A stretch of DNA of 49,223 nt, taken from Candidatus Limnocylindria bacterium (GTDB lineage Bacteria > Chloroflexota > Limnocylindria > QHBO01). The notes below the pieces were generated by a model. The model saw only the letters and a program-made list of their open reading frames with translations, searched no databases and was not told where the DNA came from. The translations under genes and the position numbers were made by a program. This document shows, in pieces, positions 20,572-28,592 of the stretch (position 1 is its first letter; each line of letters begins with the position of its first letter). The stretch lies in NCBI GenBank assembly GCA_051000335.1, contig JBPCOK010000107.1, positions 1-49,223 of the forward strand. The letters run 5' to 3'.

Positions 20572-21308
20572 GCCGGGTCGTCGCCGCGCTCGTGAGCCTC
20601 GCCGCGTTCCTGGTGATCTGGAAGGTGGCCGTCGTCATCGGCGGCTATCCCGAATACATCCTGCCGGCCCCGGACGTCGTGGCGGCGCGCGGATGGCGGG
20701 CCGTGGGCTCCGGCATCCTGTGGCAGCACACCGCGGTCACCGTGCTCGAGATCGTGCTCGGGTTCGCCGCCGGCGCGACGGCGGCCATCGCCACCGGCGT
20801 GGCACTCGGCAAGAGCGTCCTGGTCGAGCGCGTCCTGTCGCCGTACATCGTGGCGGCGCAGGCCGTGCCGATCCTGGCACTCGCGCCGCTGCTCGACATC
20901 TGGTTCGGCGGCGGCCTGCTGGCCCGTGTTGCGATCTGCGCGCTCATCGTCTTCTTTCCGATCGCCATCGCCACCATGGTCGGCATCCGATCCACGGATC
21001 CGCAGCTCGCCGAGATGCTGCGCGGCATCGGTGCCGGGCCGGCACAGCGGGTTCGCCTGCTCGACATTCCATCGGCGCTTCCCGTGATCTTCGGCGGGCT
21101 CCGCGTCGGCGTGACGCTCGCCGTGATCGGTGCCGTCGTGGCCGAGTGGGCGGGAGCATCGGTCGGGCTCGGCGTCCTCATCAACATCGCGAACCAGGGT
21201 TTGTTCGACACGCCACTCATGTTCGTCGCGCTCGCCACGCTCGCCACCATCGGCCTCGCCTTCTACGGCGCCGTGGTGCTCGTCGAGCGACAACTGATCA
21301 GCCAATGA
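20568..21308 (+). CDS. ABC transporter permease (ThiX-like, binding-protein-dependent family)
   Basis: The start overlaps the ATPase stop (ATGA). It has six predicted hydrophobic spans and an EAA-like loop (AEMLRGIGAGPAQRVRLLDIPSALP). Confidence 0.9.
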   Translation: MSRVVAALVSLAAFLVIWKVAVVIGGYPEYILPAPDVVAARGWRAVGSGILWQHTAVTVLEIVLGFAAGATAAIATGVALGKSVLVERVLSPYIVAAQAVPILALAPLLDIWFGGGLLARVAICALIVFFPIAIATMVGIRSTDPQLAEMLRGIGAGPAQRVRLLDIPSALPVIFGGLRVGVTLAVIGAVVAEWAGASVGLGVLINIANQGLFDTPLMFVALATLATIGLAFYGAVVLVERQLISQ

Positions 21309-21319
21309 AAGGACGACCG

Positions 21320-22315
21320 ATGTCTCCATCCCGCCTTCTCGTCGCAAGCCTGGCCACGATGCTGGTTCTTGCGGCGTGCCAACCCACGAGCTCGGGCGAC
21401 TCGACGGCCAGCTCGGGCGAGCTGCGTCAGGTGACGTTGCTGCTCGGGTATCGGCCTGACGTGCAGTTCGCGCCGTTCTATGTCGCGCAGCGCGAGGGGT
21501 TCTACGCCGATGCCGGACTGGACGTCGAGATCGAGCACCAGCAGGCGCCGGACGTTCAGCGCCTGGTCGCCAGTGGCGAGGCCGAGTTCGGCGTCGCCGA
21601 CGCCACCGACGTGATGATCGCCCGCACGTCGGGCATCCCGATCCGTTACGTCAGCACGCTGTACCAGGGCTTCCCCGTCGCGTTAATCGGCAAGTCGAGC
21701 GACGTGCCGACGGATCCCGCGGGGCTGGCGGGGGCGTCGATCGGCACGCCCGGGCGGTTCGGTTCCTCGTGGCACGCTTTGCTCGCCCTACTGGAGGCCG
21801 GGGGCCTGACTGAGGACGACGTCACGATCCGGGAGTACCCGCAGTTCAACCAGGTCGATGGCCTCTCGAATGGCGACGTCGACCTGATCACCGGGTTCCG
21901 CAACAACGAACCGCTGCGTCTGGAGGCGCGGGGCATGGACCTCGGACTGCTGACCGTCGACGAGATCGCCCCATTGCCCGGACCCGGGGTCATCGTGGGG
22001 GATGATCTCCTCGCCTCGGATCCGGCGCTGGTCCGCGCGTTCACCGAGGCCACGGCCGCGGCACAGGCCGCGGTCATCGCCGATCCGGATCTGGGCTTCG
22101 CCGCCGCGGAGGCGACTGTGCCGAGCGTCGCCGAGGACCCGGAGGTCGCGCGGTCGATCCTCGACGCGACCGTGGAGCTGTGGACCGGCGACGGATTCGA
22201 CGAAGGCGCGATCGACCAGATGGCGTGGTCGGCGGGCTACGACACGATGGTGCGTCTCGGATTCATCGACGGCAGCGTGCCGTTGGCGGAGATGATCGGC
22301 GAGCCCGGGCCCTAG
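21320..22315 (+). CDS. ABC transporter substrate-binding lipoprotein, NMT1/THI5-like (ThiY-like)
   Basis: It has a signal peptide with a lipobox (LVLAAC) and LLLGYRPDVQFAPFYVAQREGFYADAGLDVEIEH, typical of the NMT1/THI5 SBP fold. The start ATG 21320 follows AAGGA; an alternative is ATG 21305. Confidence 0.85.
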   Translation: MSPSRLLVASLATMLVLAACQPTSSGDSTASSGELRQVTLLLGYRPDVQFAPFYVAQREGFYADAGLDVEIEHQQAPDVQRLVASGEAEFGVADATDVMIARTSGIPIRYVSTLYQGFPVALIGKSSDVPTDPAGLAGASIGTPGRFGSSWHALLALLEAGGLTEDDVTIREYPQFNQVDGLSNGDVDLITGFRNNEPLRLEARGMDLGLLTVDEIAPLPGPGVIVGDDLLASDPALVRAFTEATAAAQAAVIADPDLGFAAAEATVPSVAEDPEVARSILDATVELWTGDGFDEGAIDQMAWSAGYDTMVRLGFIDGSVPLAEMIGEPGP

Positions 22316-23166
22316 CCGGGTCGGTTCGCGGACGCGGCGCGCTCCGCCGCCTCGACGGTCTGCCGCAGGACCATCATCGGCGTGACGGGCCCGACGCCCC
22401 CGGGGACCGGGCTGATGGCGGTGACCAGGGGGGCGACCGACGGAGCGTCGACGTCGCCAACGACGCCTCTCGGAGTGGCGTTGATGCCACAGTCGATGAC
22501 GATGGTGGACGAGTTGACCATCTCGGGCCCCACGAGGCCCGGCGATCCGGCGGCCACCACCAGGAGCTCCGCGCGCTGCGCCTCGCCCGCCAGATCAACG
22601 GTGGCCCGGTGGCAGATGACGACGGTCGCATCTCTCGCCACGAGCAGCGACGCGACCGGACGGCCCACTACGGCCGACCTGCCGATGATGACCGCGCGCC
22701 GGCCGGCAACCGAGATGCCATGAGCCTCGAGCAGCGCGATGACCGCCAGCGCGGTCGCCGGGACGAATGCGGGTTCGCCGCGTGCCAGCCATCCAGCGTT
22801 CGCCGGCGTCGCGCCGTCGACGTCCTTCGCCGGATCGATGCGTTCGACAAGGCGTCGCCCGAGCTCCGGGTCGGATAACGGCTGCGCCACGACGATGCCG
22901 GCGACCCGCGGGTCGCCGTTCAGACGGTCGATGGTCTCGATCAATGGACCCGAGTCGTCGGTCAACGCGAGCGGTTCGACCCCGACCCGTCGCGCGGCTC
23001 GTTCGAGGCTCGACGCGTAGAGCGCGGACGCTTGGCTGGAGCCGGAGCGCAGGATGGCGAGCCGCGGCGGCCCGCTGGAATCTCCGTCCAGGCGAGCGAC
23101 CCGGTCGGCCAACTCGATCCGGAGATCCGACGCGACCCCGCGTCCGTCGAGGAGTCGGGCCGTCAC
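22312..23166 (-). CDS. folD: Bifunctional methylenetetrahydrofolate dehydrogenase / methenyl-THF cyclohydrolase
   Basis: LLDGRGVA.., GRSAVVGRPVASLL and SPVPGGVGPVTPMMVL are present. Confidence 0.92.
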   Translation of the reverse strand: MTARLLDGRGVASDLRIELADRVARLDGDSSGPPRLAILRSGSSQASALYASSLERAARRVGVEPLALTDDSGPLIETIDRLNGDPRVAGIVVAQPLSDPELGRRLVERIDPAKDVDGATPANAGWLARGEPAFVPATALAVIALLEAHGISVAGRRAVIIGRSAVVGRPVASLLVARDATVVICHRATVDLAGEAQRAELLVVAAGSPGLVGPEMVNSSTIVIDCGINATPRGVVGDVDAPSVAPLVTAISPVPGGVGPVTPMMVLRQTVEAAERAASANRPG

Positions 23167-23801
23167 GGCATGCGGTCCGCGACTGTGGAGCGCACGGCGG
23201 CCTCGCGCTCGCCGACGCTGTCCAGCAACGTGCGGATCTCGGCCGCGGCGTCATCGCGCAGGGTCTCGTCGCCCTTCACCATCGGGAGGTTGATCTCGAC
23301 GTTGAGCGCCGCACCGCGCAGAGCGGTGCTCGCAAGCATTGCGCCAACCCCGACGTCGCTGATCGCTTTGCGATTGCCGATCGGTGCCAGCCGCGCGGCC
23401 AGATCGAGCACCTCGGACGCAGCACGGGCCACCGCCAAGGGTGCTCGGACGGCTTCGCGAATGGCGGCATCGAACTGCACCCGGCGCGCCTCGCGCTCCC
23501 GTTCCGTGGTCCTGGGCAGGCGCCGCGAATGGACGACAGCGGCATACGCGACGGCATCGGCATCAACCAGGCCCATGAGCTCCGACTGGAACTGCGCCGA
23601 GGCCACGCCGATCTCGGTGAGTGGCACGGCGAAATTCTCGGTGTCGGGCCGGCCCACGCTGAGTTCCACGACCATGTGGATCAGCGCCGCGCCCATTGCT
23701 CCGGCCATCGCGGCCGCGCTTCCCCCGCCCGGCACGGGATCGCTGGTGGCCATCCGGTGGACCAGGTAGCGCATCGGCTGATCGACGAGGCGCTCGTCCA
23801 T
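23163..23801 (-). CDS. Formimidoyltetrahydrofolate cyclodeaminase (FtcD C-terminal-type)
   Basis: It has the PVPGGGSAAAMAGAMGAALIHMV signature. Its stop overlaps the folD start by 4 nt. Confidence 0.85.
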   Translation of the reverse strand: MDERLVDQPMRYLVHRMATSDPVPGGGSAAAMAGAMGAALIHMVVELSVGRPDTENFAVPLTEIGVASAQFQSELMGLVDADAVAYAAVVHSRRLPRTTEREREARRVQFDAAIREAVRAPLAVARAASEVLDLAARLAPIGNRKAISDVGVGAMLASTALRGAALNVEINLPMVKGDETLRDDAAAEIRTLLDSVGEREAAVRSTVADRMP

Positions 23802-23889
23802 CGCTCACAGCTCCTCGGGTGCGGCTGCCCCGGGGACGAGAATCGGCCCGGACGACGCCGAGCCGATTGTAGGCGGGTCGGCGGGGTCG

Positions 23890-24153
23890 TCAGGCGGCGT
23901 GCTCGACGGCCTCGAGGAACCAACGTCGGCGACGCCCGTCGAACGACACCGATGCGCGGCTGCCGTCTGCGCCCGACAGAACGTAGGTCACGCGCGGTCC
24001 GCGTTCGGCCGGATAGGCCGAGCGCTCGTCGCGCACGGCGTCGAGATTCGTGATCCGGAGTGAATGGCCGTTCCAGCGGATCTCGGACGGGCGTGCCGCC
24101 TGGCGGTCCCAGCGAACGCGTGCCTCGATGGGCGTGATGTTGACGAGTGCCAT
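23890..24153 (-). CDS. Small hypothetical protein (87 aa), predicted to be SOS-regulated
   Basis: The start ATG 24153 is preceded by GAGGAG. The protein (MALVNITPIEARVRWDRQAARPSEIRWNGHSLRITNLDAVRDE..) belongs to no family I can name. It has its own promoter with two LexA boxes directly upstream. Confidence 0.6.
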   Translation of the reverse strand: MALVNITPIEARVRWDRQAARPSEIRWNGHSLRITNLDAVRDERSAYPAERGPRVTYVLSGADGSRASVSFDGRRRRWFLEAVEHAA

Positions 24154-24193
24154 GGTGCAGGTGCTCCTCACGATGCGGCCTGCGCGGGCACGC

Positions 24194-24205
24194 GAACAGG
24201 CGTTC
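24194..24205. promoter_or_regulatory. LexA operator (Cheo-type SOS box), promoter-distal copy
   Basis: GAACAGGCGTTC matches GAAC-N4-GTTC. It sits about 12 to 25 nt downstream of the predicted -10 of the small-ORF promoter. Confidence 0.7.
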
Positions 24206-24219
24206 TATTCAGGGACGTC

Positions 24220-24249
24220 ATCATACCGAACAGGTGTTCGGAACGTCAA
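24220..24249 (-). promoter_or_regulatory. Sigma-70-type promoter of the small ORF, with the LexA operator in the spacer
   Basis: The minus strand reads TTGACG-N18-TATGAT. The spacer contains the palindrome CCGAACACCTGTTCGG (box at 24228..24239). The -35 overlaps the dinB stop codon. Confidence 0.7.
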
Positions 24250-25463
24250 GCATCGTCTTCGACCTCAGGATCCACGCCGTCGGCCCGCTCCCCGAAGTCG
24301 AATCTGCGTCTCGGACGCTCGGCCAGGAGCCGGGCGCGGGTGATCGCCGCCTCCCCGAAGCGCTCGCGGACCGCGTCGATCGACTGGGAGAGTCGGTCTT
24401 CTCGAGCGGGCGTCCCGAACAGCGTCAGCTGCTGGGCGTCCGTCAGCGAGATGGCCGTCAGGCCGATGAGGCGGACGCCGCGTCCCGGCACCTGCGTCCG
24501 ACGCAGGAGGGCCAGCGCCGCTTCGTACAGGGGATGGCTGTCGCGCGTCGGGTGCGGCAGTGGCGCCTGCCGGGTCAGGGTTTCGAATCCCTCGTATCTC
24601 AGCTTGAGCTGGACGGCCCGGGTCGCGAGGTCATGCCGCCGCAGCCGGCTGGCCACGGACTCGGCAAGGTCGAGCAGCGTGGCCTCGAGCCGGCCTGCGT
24701 CGGCGCTGTCGGTGTCGAACGTGTGCTCGTGCCCCACACTCTTCGGCGCGTGCGTGGTCGCGACTCGGCCGGGGTCGAGGCCACGGGCCCGCGCCGCCAG
24801 CTCCGCGCCGTGGCGTCCGAAGCGCCGCTCGAGCGTCGCGGTCCCCAGCGCGGCGAGCTGCCCGATCGTCGAGACACCGTAGTCGGAGAGTGCCCGCTGC
24901 GCCTTCGGCCCAACCCCCCAGAGGCGACGGATCGGAAGCGGGGCCAGGAATGCGGCCTCAGTGCCCGGCGGAACGACGACGAGCGCGTCCGGCTTGCGAA
25001 GGTCGGATGCGACCTTCGCGCACAGCTTGTTCGTCGCCACCCCGACGGACACGACGAGACCGACCTCCTCAAGGACGCGCCGCTTGAGATGTCGTGCGAT
25101 GGTCGGTCCGTCACCGAACGCGGCCACGCTGTTCGAGACGTCGAGGAATGCCTCATCCAGGCTGATCGGCTCGACGATGGGCGTGTACGAGGCGAAGATC
25201 GCCATGACGCGCTGCGACAGCTCGCGGTAGCGCTCGGGCCGACCCGGAAGGAAGACACCCTGCGGACAGCGGCGCGCCGCGGTGCGGAGCGGCATGGCCG
25301 AAACGACGCCGAAGGCCCGCGCCTCGTAGGACGACGCGCTCACGACGCCGCGCTCATCGGGACGTCCCCCCACGATCACCGGCCGGCCGCGCAGGGCTGG
25401 GTTGTCGAGCTGCTCGACGCTGGCGTAGAACGCGTCGAGATCCGCGTGCAGGATCGTCGGCAT
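24246..25463 (-). CDS. dinB: DNA polymerase IV (Y-family)
   Basis: ILHADLDAFYASVEQLDNPALRGRPVIVGG, LSLDEAFLDV-type (ISLDEAFLDV) and SVGVATNKLCAKVAS motifs are present. The start is ATG 25463, 7 nt after the upstream stop; the track ORF start at 25544 is an extension. Confidence 0.92.
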   Translation of the reverse strand: MPTILHADLDAFYASVEQLDNPALRGRPVIVGGRPDERGVVSASSYEARAFGVVSAMPLRTAARRCPQGVFLPGRPERYRELSQRVMAIFASYTPIVEPISLDEAFLDVSNSVAAFGDGPTIARHLKRRVLEEVGLVVSVGVATNKLCAKVASDLRKPDALVVVPPGTEAAFLAPLPIRRLWGVGPKAQRALSDYGVSTIGQLAALGTATLERRFGRHGAELAARARGLDPGRVATTHAPKSVGHEHTFDTDSADAGRLEATLLDLAESVASRLRRHDLATRAVQLKLRYEGFETLTRQAPLPHPTRDSHPLYEAALALLRRTQVPGRGVRLIGLTAISLTDAQQLTLFGTPAREDRLSQSIDAVRERFGEAAITRARLLAERPRRRFDFGERADGVDPEVEDDA

Positions 25464-25470
25464 CGTGGGC

Positions 25471-26613
25471 TCAGACGCTGATCGCCACGCGGCGGTCGGC
25501 GGCAGCCGGGGCAAGCACCGCGAGGACGCGCTCGGCCTCGGCAATCAACAGGTCCAGCTCGCGGGGTGGGATGGGGCCGAACGGCCGCAGCTCGAGCAGC
25601 GTGGCGTCAGTGTCTCGGATGAAGTCCCACGTTCCGGCCACCATGCCCTCGACGAGGAATGTCGGCCGCACGTCCGCGTTCCGGCTGAAGACCGCCGCTC
25701 GATGATCGTCCGTGATGACCCGATCGCGGTGCTTCGGCTCGTGCGACAGGAGGAGGCTGTCCCATCGGGCCAGCAGTCGCGGCGGCGCCTCGATCGCCGC
25801 GTCCGGCCGAGGTGCGGACTCGAGGTCGAGCAGCGTCCGGCCCTTCTCATCGCTGAAGGTGCGCAGCTCATCGGCGATCGATTCGACGGCCTGGCGCCAG
25901 ACGCCGATGCCGCCGCGGCCCCGACCGACGTATGCCGCGAGGTCCTCGACGCTGGCCGGTCCGAAGGCCGCCAGGTACCGCCGGGCGATATGGACCCGCG
26001 CCGTGCCGATGTCGACGTGCGGCGGCTCCATCTGCAGCCAGTCCGCCGCGACCGCGTACCGGGATCGGCCGTATCCCTCTCCGGCATGCGGGACGTGCAC
26101 CATCGGCACCAGCGCCGCGAGATGCCGCCAGTGAATGCGCTGGGCCGCGGTTGTGATCGGTCCCGCCTCCGCCTCGAGCAGACGGTCCAGCTCGGTCGAG
26201 CTGCGCGGGCCTTCGGAGAGGACAGCCATGGCCGCTCGATGGGCGGCGATCAGGCGGCGGCCGAGGTCGGAATCGATCGGGTCCTCCTTCGCCAGGAGAC
26301 GCCATTGGGCGAGGCGAAGTGGCTGGCACACCGTGAACATCGGCCAGAGGTCGTCGGCGGTGACGACGTGGATCGTGATCCGCATGAGCGAGCTGCGCAC
26401 CACCTCACGACGGTCGAGCGCGCCGGCGAGGTCGGAGGTCCGGTCGTCCGTGGACCGCGCAGCGAGCGCCACCGGAGGCCACTCCGGATGCTGAGCCTGG
26501 AGAGATCCGACGCGTTCGACCGTGTCGCGTGCGGAGACGCCGATCATCGGGTCGAGGAGCCCTTGCCGAGCCAAGGTCGCGCGATTCAACTCGCGCACCG
26601 TCACGGGCGCCAC
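25471..26613 (-). CDS. Winged-helix HTH_42 (DUF1006) protein, AlkZ/YcaQ-like DNA glycosylase family
   Basis: RELNRATLARQGLLD..VERVGSLQAQHPEWP..EVVRSSLMRITIHVV is the characteristic N-terminal pattern of this family. It has a QxQ motif (LQAQ). The start is GTG 26613, 12 nt after the lexA stop. Confidence 0.8.
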   Translation of the reverse strand: MAPVTVRELNRATLARQGLLDPMIGVSARDTVERVGSLQAQHPEWPPVALAARSTDDRTSDLAGALDRREVVRSSLMRITIHVVTADDLWPMFTVCQPLRLAQWRLLAKEDPIDSDLGRRLIAAHRAAMAVLSEGPRSSTELDRLLEAEAGPITTAAQRIHWRHLAALVPMVHVPHAGEGYGRSRYAVAADWLQMEPPHVDIGTARVHIARRYLAAFGPASVEDLAAYVGRGRGGIGVWRQAVESIADELRTFSDEKGRTLLDLESAPRPDAAIEAPPRLLARWDSLLLSHEPKHRDRVITDDHRAAVFSRNADVRPTFLVEGMVAGTWDFIRDTDATLLELRPFGPIPPRELDLLIAEAERVLAVLAPAAADRRVAISV

Positions 26614-26625
26614 CGCGGTACGGGT

Positions 26626-27279
26626 CTAGGTGAGGCGGCGAATGACGCCGACGACCTTGCCCTGGATCTGGACCTCGGCCGCGTAGATCGGCTCCATCTC
26701 GGCATTGGCCGGCTGCAGCCTGATCCGATCCTTCTCGCGGAAGTAGCGCTTGAGCGTGACGCCGTTGTCCTCGAGCAGGGCGACGACGATGTCGCCGTCA
26801 CGCGCCGTGGCCTGTGGCTGCACGATCACGAAGTCACCATCGTCGATCAGGGCGTCGATCATGCTCTTGCCTCGGACGCGCAGCACGTACGAGTCCTCGC
26901 GCGCCTCCATCGACCGCGGGACTGCGAGCGTCTCGGCGGCGTCCGCGTATGCTTCGATCGGCTGGCCGGCGGCGATCTCGCCCAGGACGGGCAGCGTCAA
27001 CGTCTCACGCTCGACCGGCATCCGGAACGGCGTGACCTTGGCCGGGTCCGCGGCGCGGTCCCGCGGACGGGTGACGCGCAGCGCTCGCGAAGCGTGCGTG
27101 CCACGCTCGAGCAGGCCGTCTCGCTCGAGGGCAATGAGGTGATGATGGACCGCGCTGGTGGACGCAAGGCCGACGGCATCGGCGATCTCGCGGACGGAGG
27201 GCGGATAGCCGCGCTCCTCTACGGTGCCTGCGATGCAATCCAGGATTCGCTGGCGTCGCTCCGCGTCATGCCGGGTCAT
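26626..27279 (-). CDS. lexA: LexA repressor
   Basis: The N-terminal wHTH is GYPPSVREIADAVGLASTSAVHHHLIALERDGLL. The Ser/Lys peptidase core is LRVRGKSMIDA..LKR. The start ATG 27279 is preceded by GGAGG. Confidence 0.95.
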   Translation of the reverse strand: MTRHDAERRQRILDCIAGTVEERGYPPSVREIADAVGLASTSAVHHHLIALERDGLLERGTHASRALRVTRPRDRAADPAKVTPFRMPVERETLTLPVLGEIAAGQPIEAYADAAETLAVPRSMEAREDSYVLRVRGKSMIDALIDDGDFVIVQPQATARDGDIVVALLEDNGVTLKRYFREKDRIRLQPANAEMEPIYAAEVQIQGKVVGVIRRLT

Positions 27280-27322
27280 CTGCGTTCCTCCAGGTCGGGC
27301 TGCGCTGCACCGACGTCCCACG

Positions 27323-27352
27323 ACCTTACCAGAACGCTTGTTCTAATGTCAA
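27323..27352 (-). promoter_or_regulatory. lexA promoter with an embedded LexA operator (autoregulation)
   Basis: The minus strand reads TTGACA-N18-TAAGGT. The spacer TTAGAACAAGCGTTCTGG contains the GAAC-N4-GTTC box at 27332..27343. Confidence 0.75.
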
Positions 27353-27380
27353 ACCGGCAGGCGACACCGGCCCTGCTATC

Positions 27381-27905
27381 ATGCCCAACCCATCCAGACC
27401 TCCGGAGTTCGGCGTGAACCTGTCCTCGTCCTCGCGCTATCTGCGCATGGGCCGTCTCATCGTGAAGCTCCCCACCTATGCCCGCATGGTGTGGGGACTC
27501 GTGCGCGATCCCCGCACGCCGCTCGGTCTCAAGGGGATGCTGCTGGCGGCGCTGGCGTACGTCGTGATGCCGGTCGACCTGATCCCGGACGTCATCCCGA
27601 TCCTCGGCCAGGCCGATGATCTCACCGTGCTGCTGCTGGTCCTGGATCTCTTCATCCAGAATGCGCCGCCCGAGGTCCGCGCCGAGCACTCGGCCCGCGC
27701 TCGCAACGGGACGGCCGATCTCGATCGGGACCTGGCGCGACTGCGCAACCTGATGGGCGATCGATTCGATCGCATCAGGGACGACCTCCCGGAGCTGCTG
27801 GACCGATACGGACGCATGCGCGACCCCGACGAGGTGAAGCGCGCACTTGCCTCGTGGCGCCGGCAGCGATCACTCACCACGACATCGATGAAGGAGTTGG
27901 AATGA
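27381..27905 (+). CDS. DUF1232 (YkvA-like) membrane protein
   Basis: LLAALAYVVMPVDLIPDVIPILGQADDLTVLLLVL is the DUF1232 signature. It is divergent from lexA. Confidence 0.75.
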   Translation: MPNPSRPPEFGVNLSSSSRYLRMGRLIVKLPTYARMVWGLVRDPRTPLGLKGMLLAALAYVVMPVDLIPDVIPILGQADDLTVLLLVLDLFIQNAPPEVRAEHSARARNGTADLDRDLARLRNLMGDRFDRIRDDLPELLDRYGRMRDPDEVKRALASWRRQRSLTTTSMKELE

Positions 27906-28351
27906 AGGTCATTCTCAAGCGGGACGTGAAGGGACTCGGCCGCGAGGGCGACCTCAAGGACGTCAAGGACGGCTATGCCCGCAACTTCCTGCTTCCGACG
28001 GCGGCCGCCGTCGTGGCGGACAAGGGGGCCGTTGCGAACTGGGAGCGGCATCGCGATCAGCGCGAGGAGCGAGATCGCAGCATCCGGGCCGAGGCCGAGG
28101 CGACCGCCGAGAAGATCCGCGAGATGAAGCTCGAGATCCCGGTCAAGGCCGGTGAGCGGGGGCGCCTCTTCGGCGCGGTCACTGGCCACCAGATCGGCGA
28201 GCTCATCAACCGCGAGGGCATCGAGCTCGACCGGCACGCCCTCCATCTTCGCGAGCCGATCAAGGCCCTGGGCGACTACCGGATCGATGTGAAGATCATG
28301 GCCGGCGTGGAGGCCGTGCTGAGCGTGAGCGTGGTGGCCGCCGAGGCCTGA
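27902..28351 (+). CDS. rplI: 50S ribosomal protein L9
   Basis: MKVILKRDVKGLGREGDLKDVKDGYARNFLLP is present. The start overlaps the DUF1232 stop (ATGA). Confidence 0.93.
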   Translation: MKVILKRDVKGLGREGDLKDVKDGYARNFLLPTAAAVVADKGAVANWERHRDQREERDRSIRAEAEATAEKIREMKLEIPVKAGERGRLFGAVTGHQIGELINREGIELDRHALHLREPIKALGDYRIDVKIMAGVEAVLSVSVVAAEA

Positions 28352-28592
28352 GCGCCGATCGCGACGGTGACACGTGAGCTGTCGGATCAGCGTGCGGTAA
28401 TCGGCCGGTACGTCACCGCGGGATACCCTTCCACATGCCGTCCACACCTGTGAGCCCGTTATCCCCACCCGCGGGGATAAGTCCGTTGAGTGGCCTGCGA
28501 CCATGAAGGAGCGCTCGGTGGTCACGGGTCCCCTCAACGGACCGGCCGGGCGCGCTTCATGCGCGCCACACCCCGTGCGAGATCGATAGAAC

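Noticed and set aside
28458-28480. Inverted repeat TTATCCCC-acccgc-GGGGATAA upstream of dnaB, one mismatch from the DnaA-box consensus TTATCCACA on each arm.
   Set aside because: It is only one pair, with no AT-rich unwinding element and no dnaA or dnaN context. It may be a simple hairpin after rplI. There is not enough evidence to call an origin or a DnaA operator.
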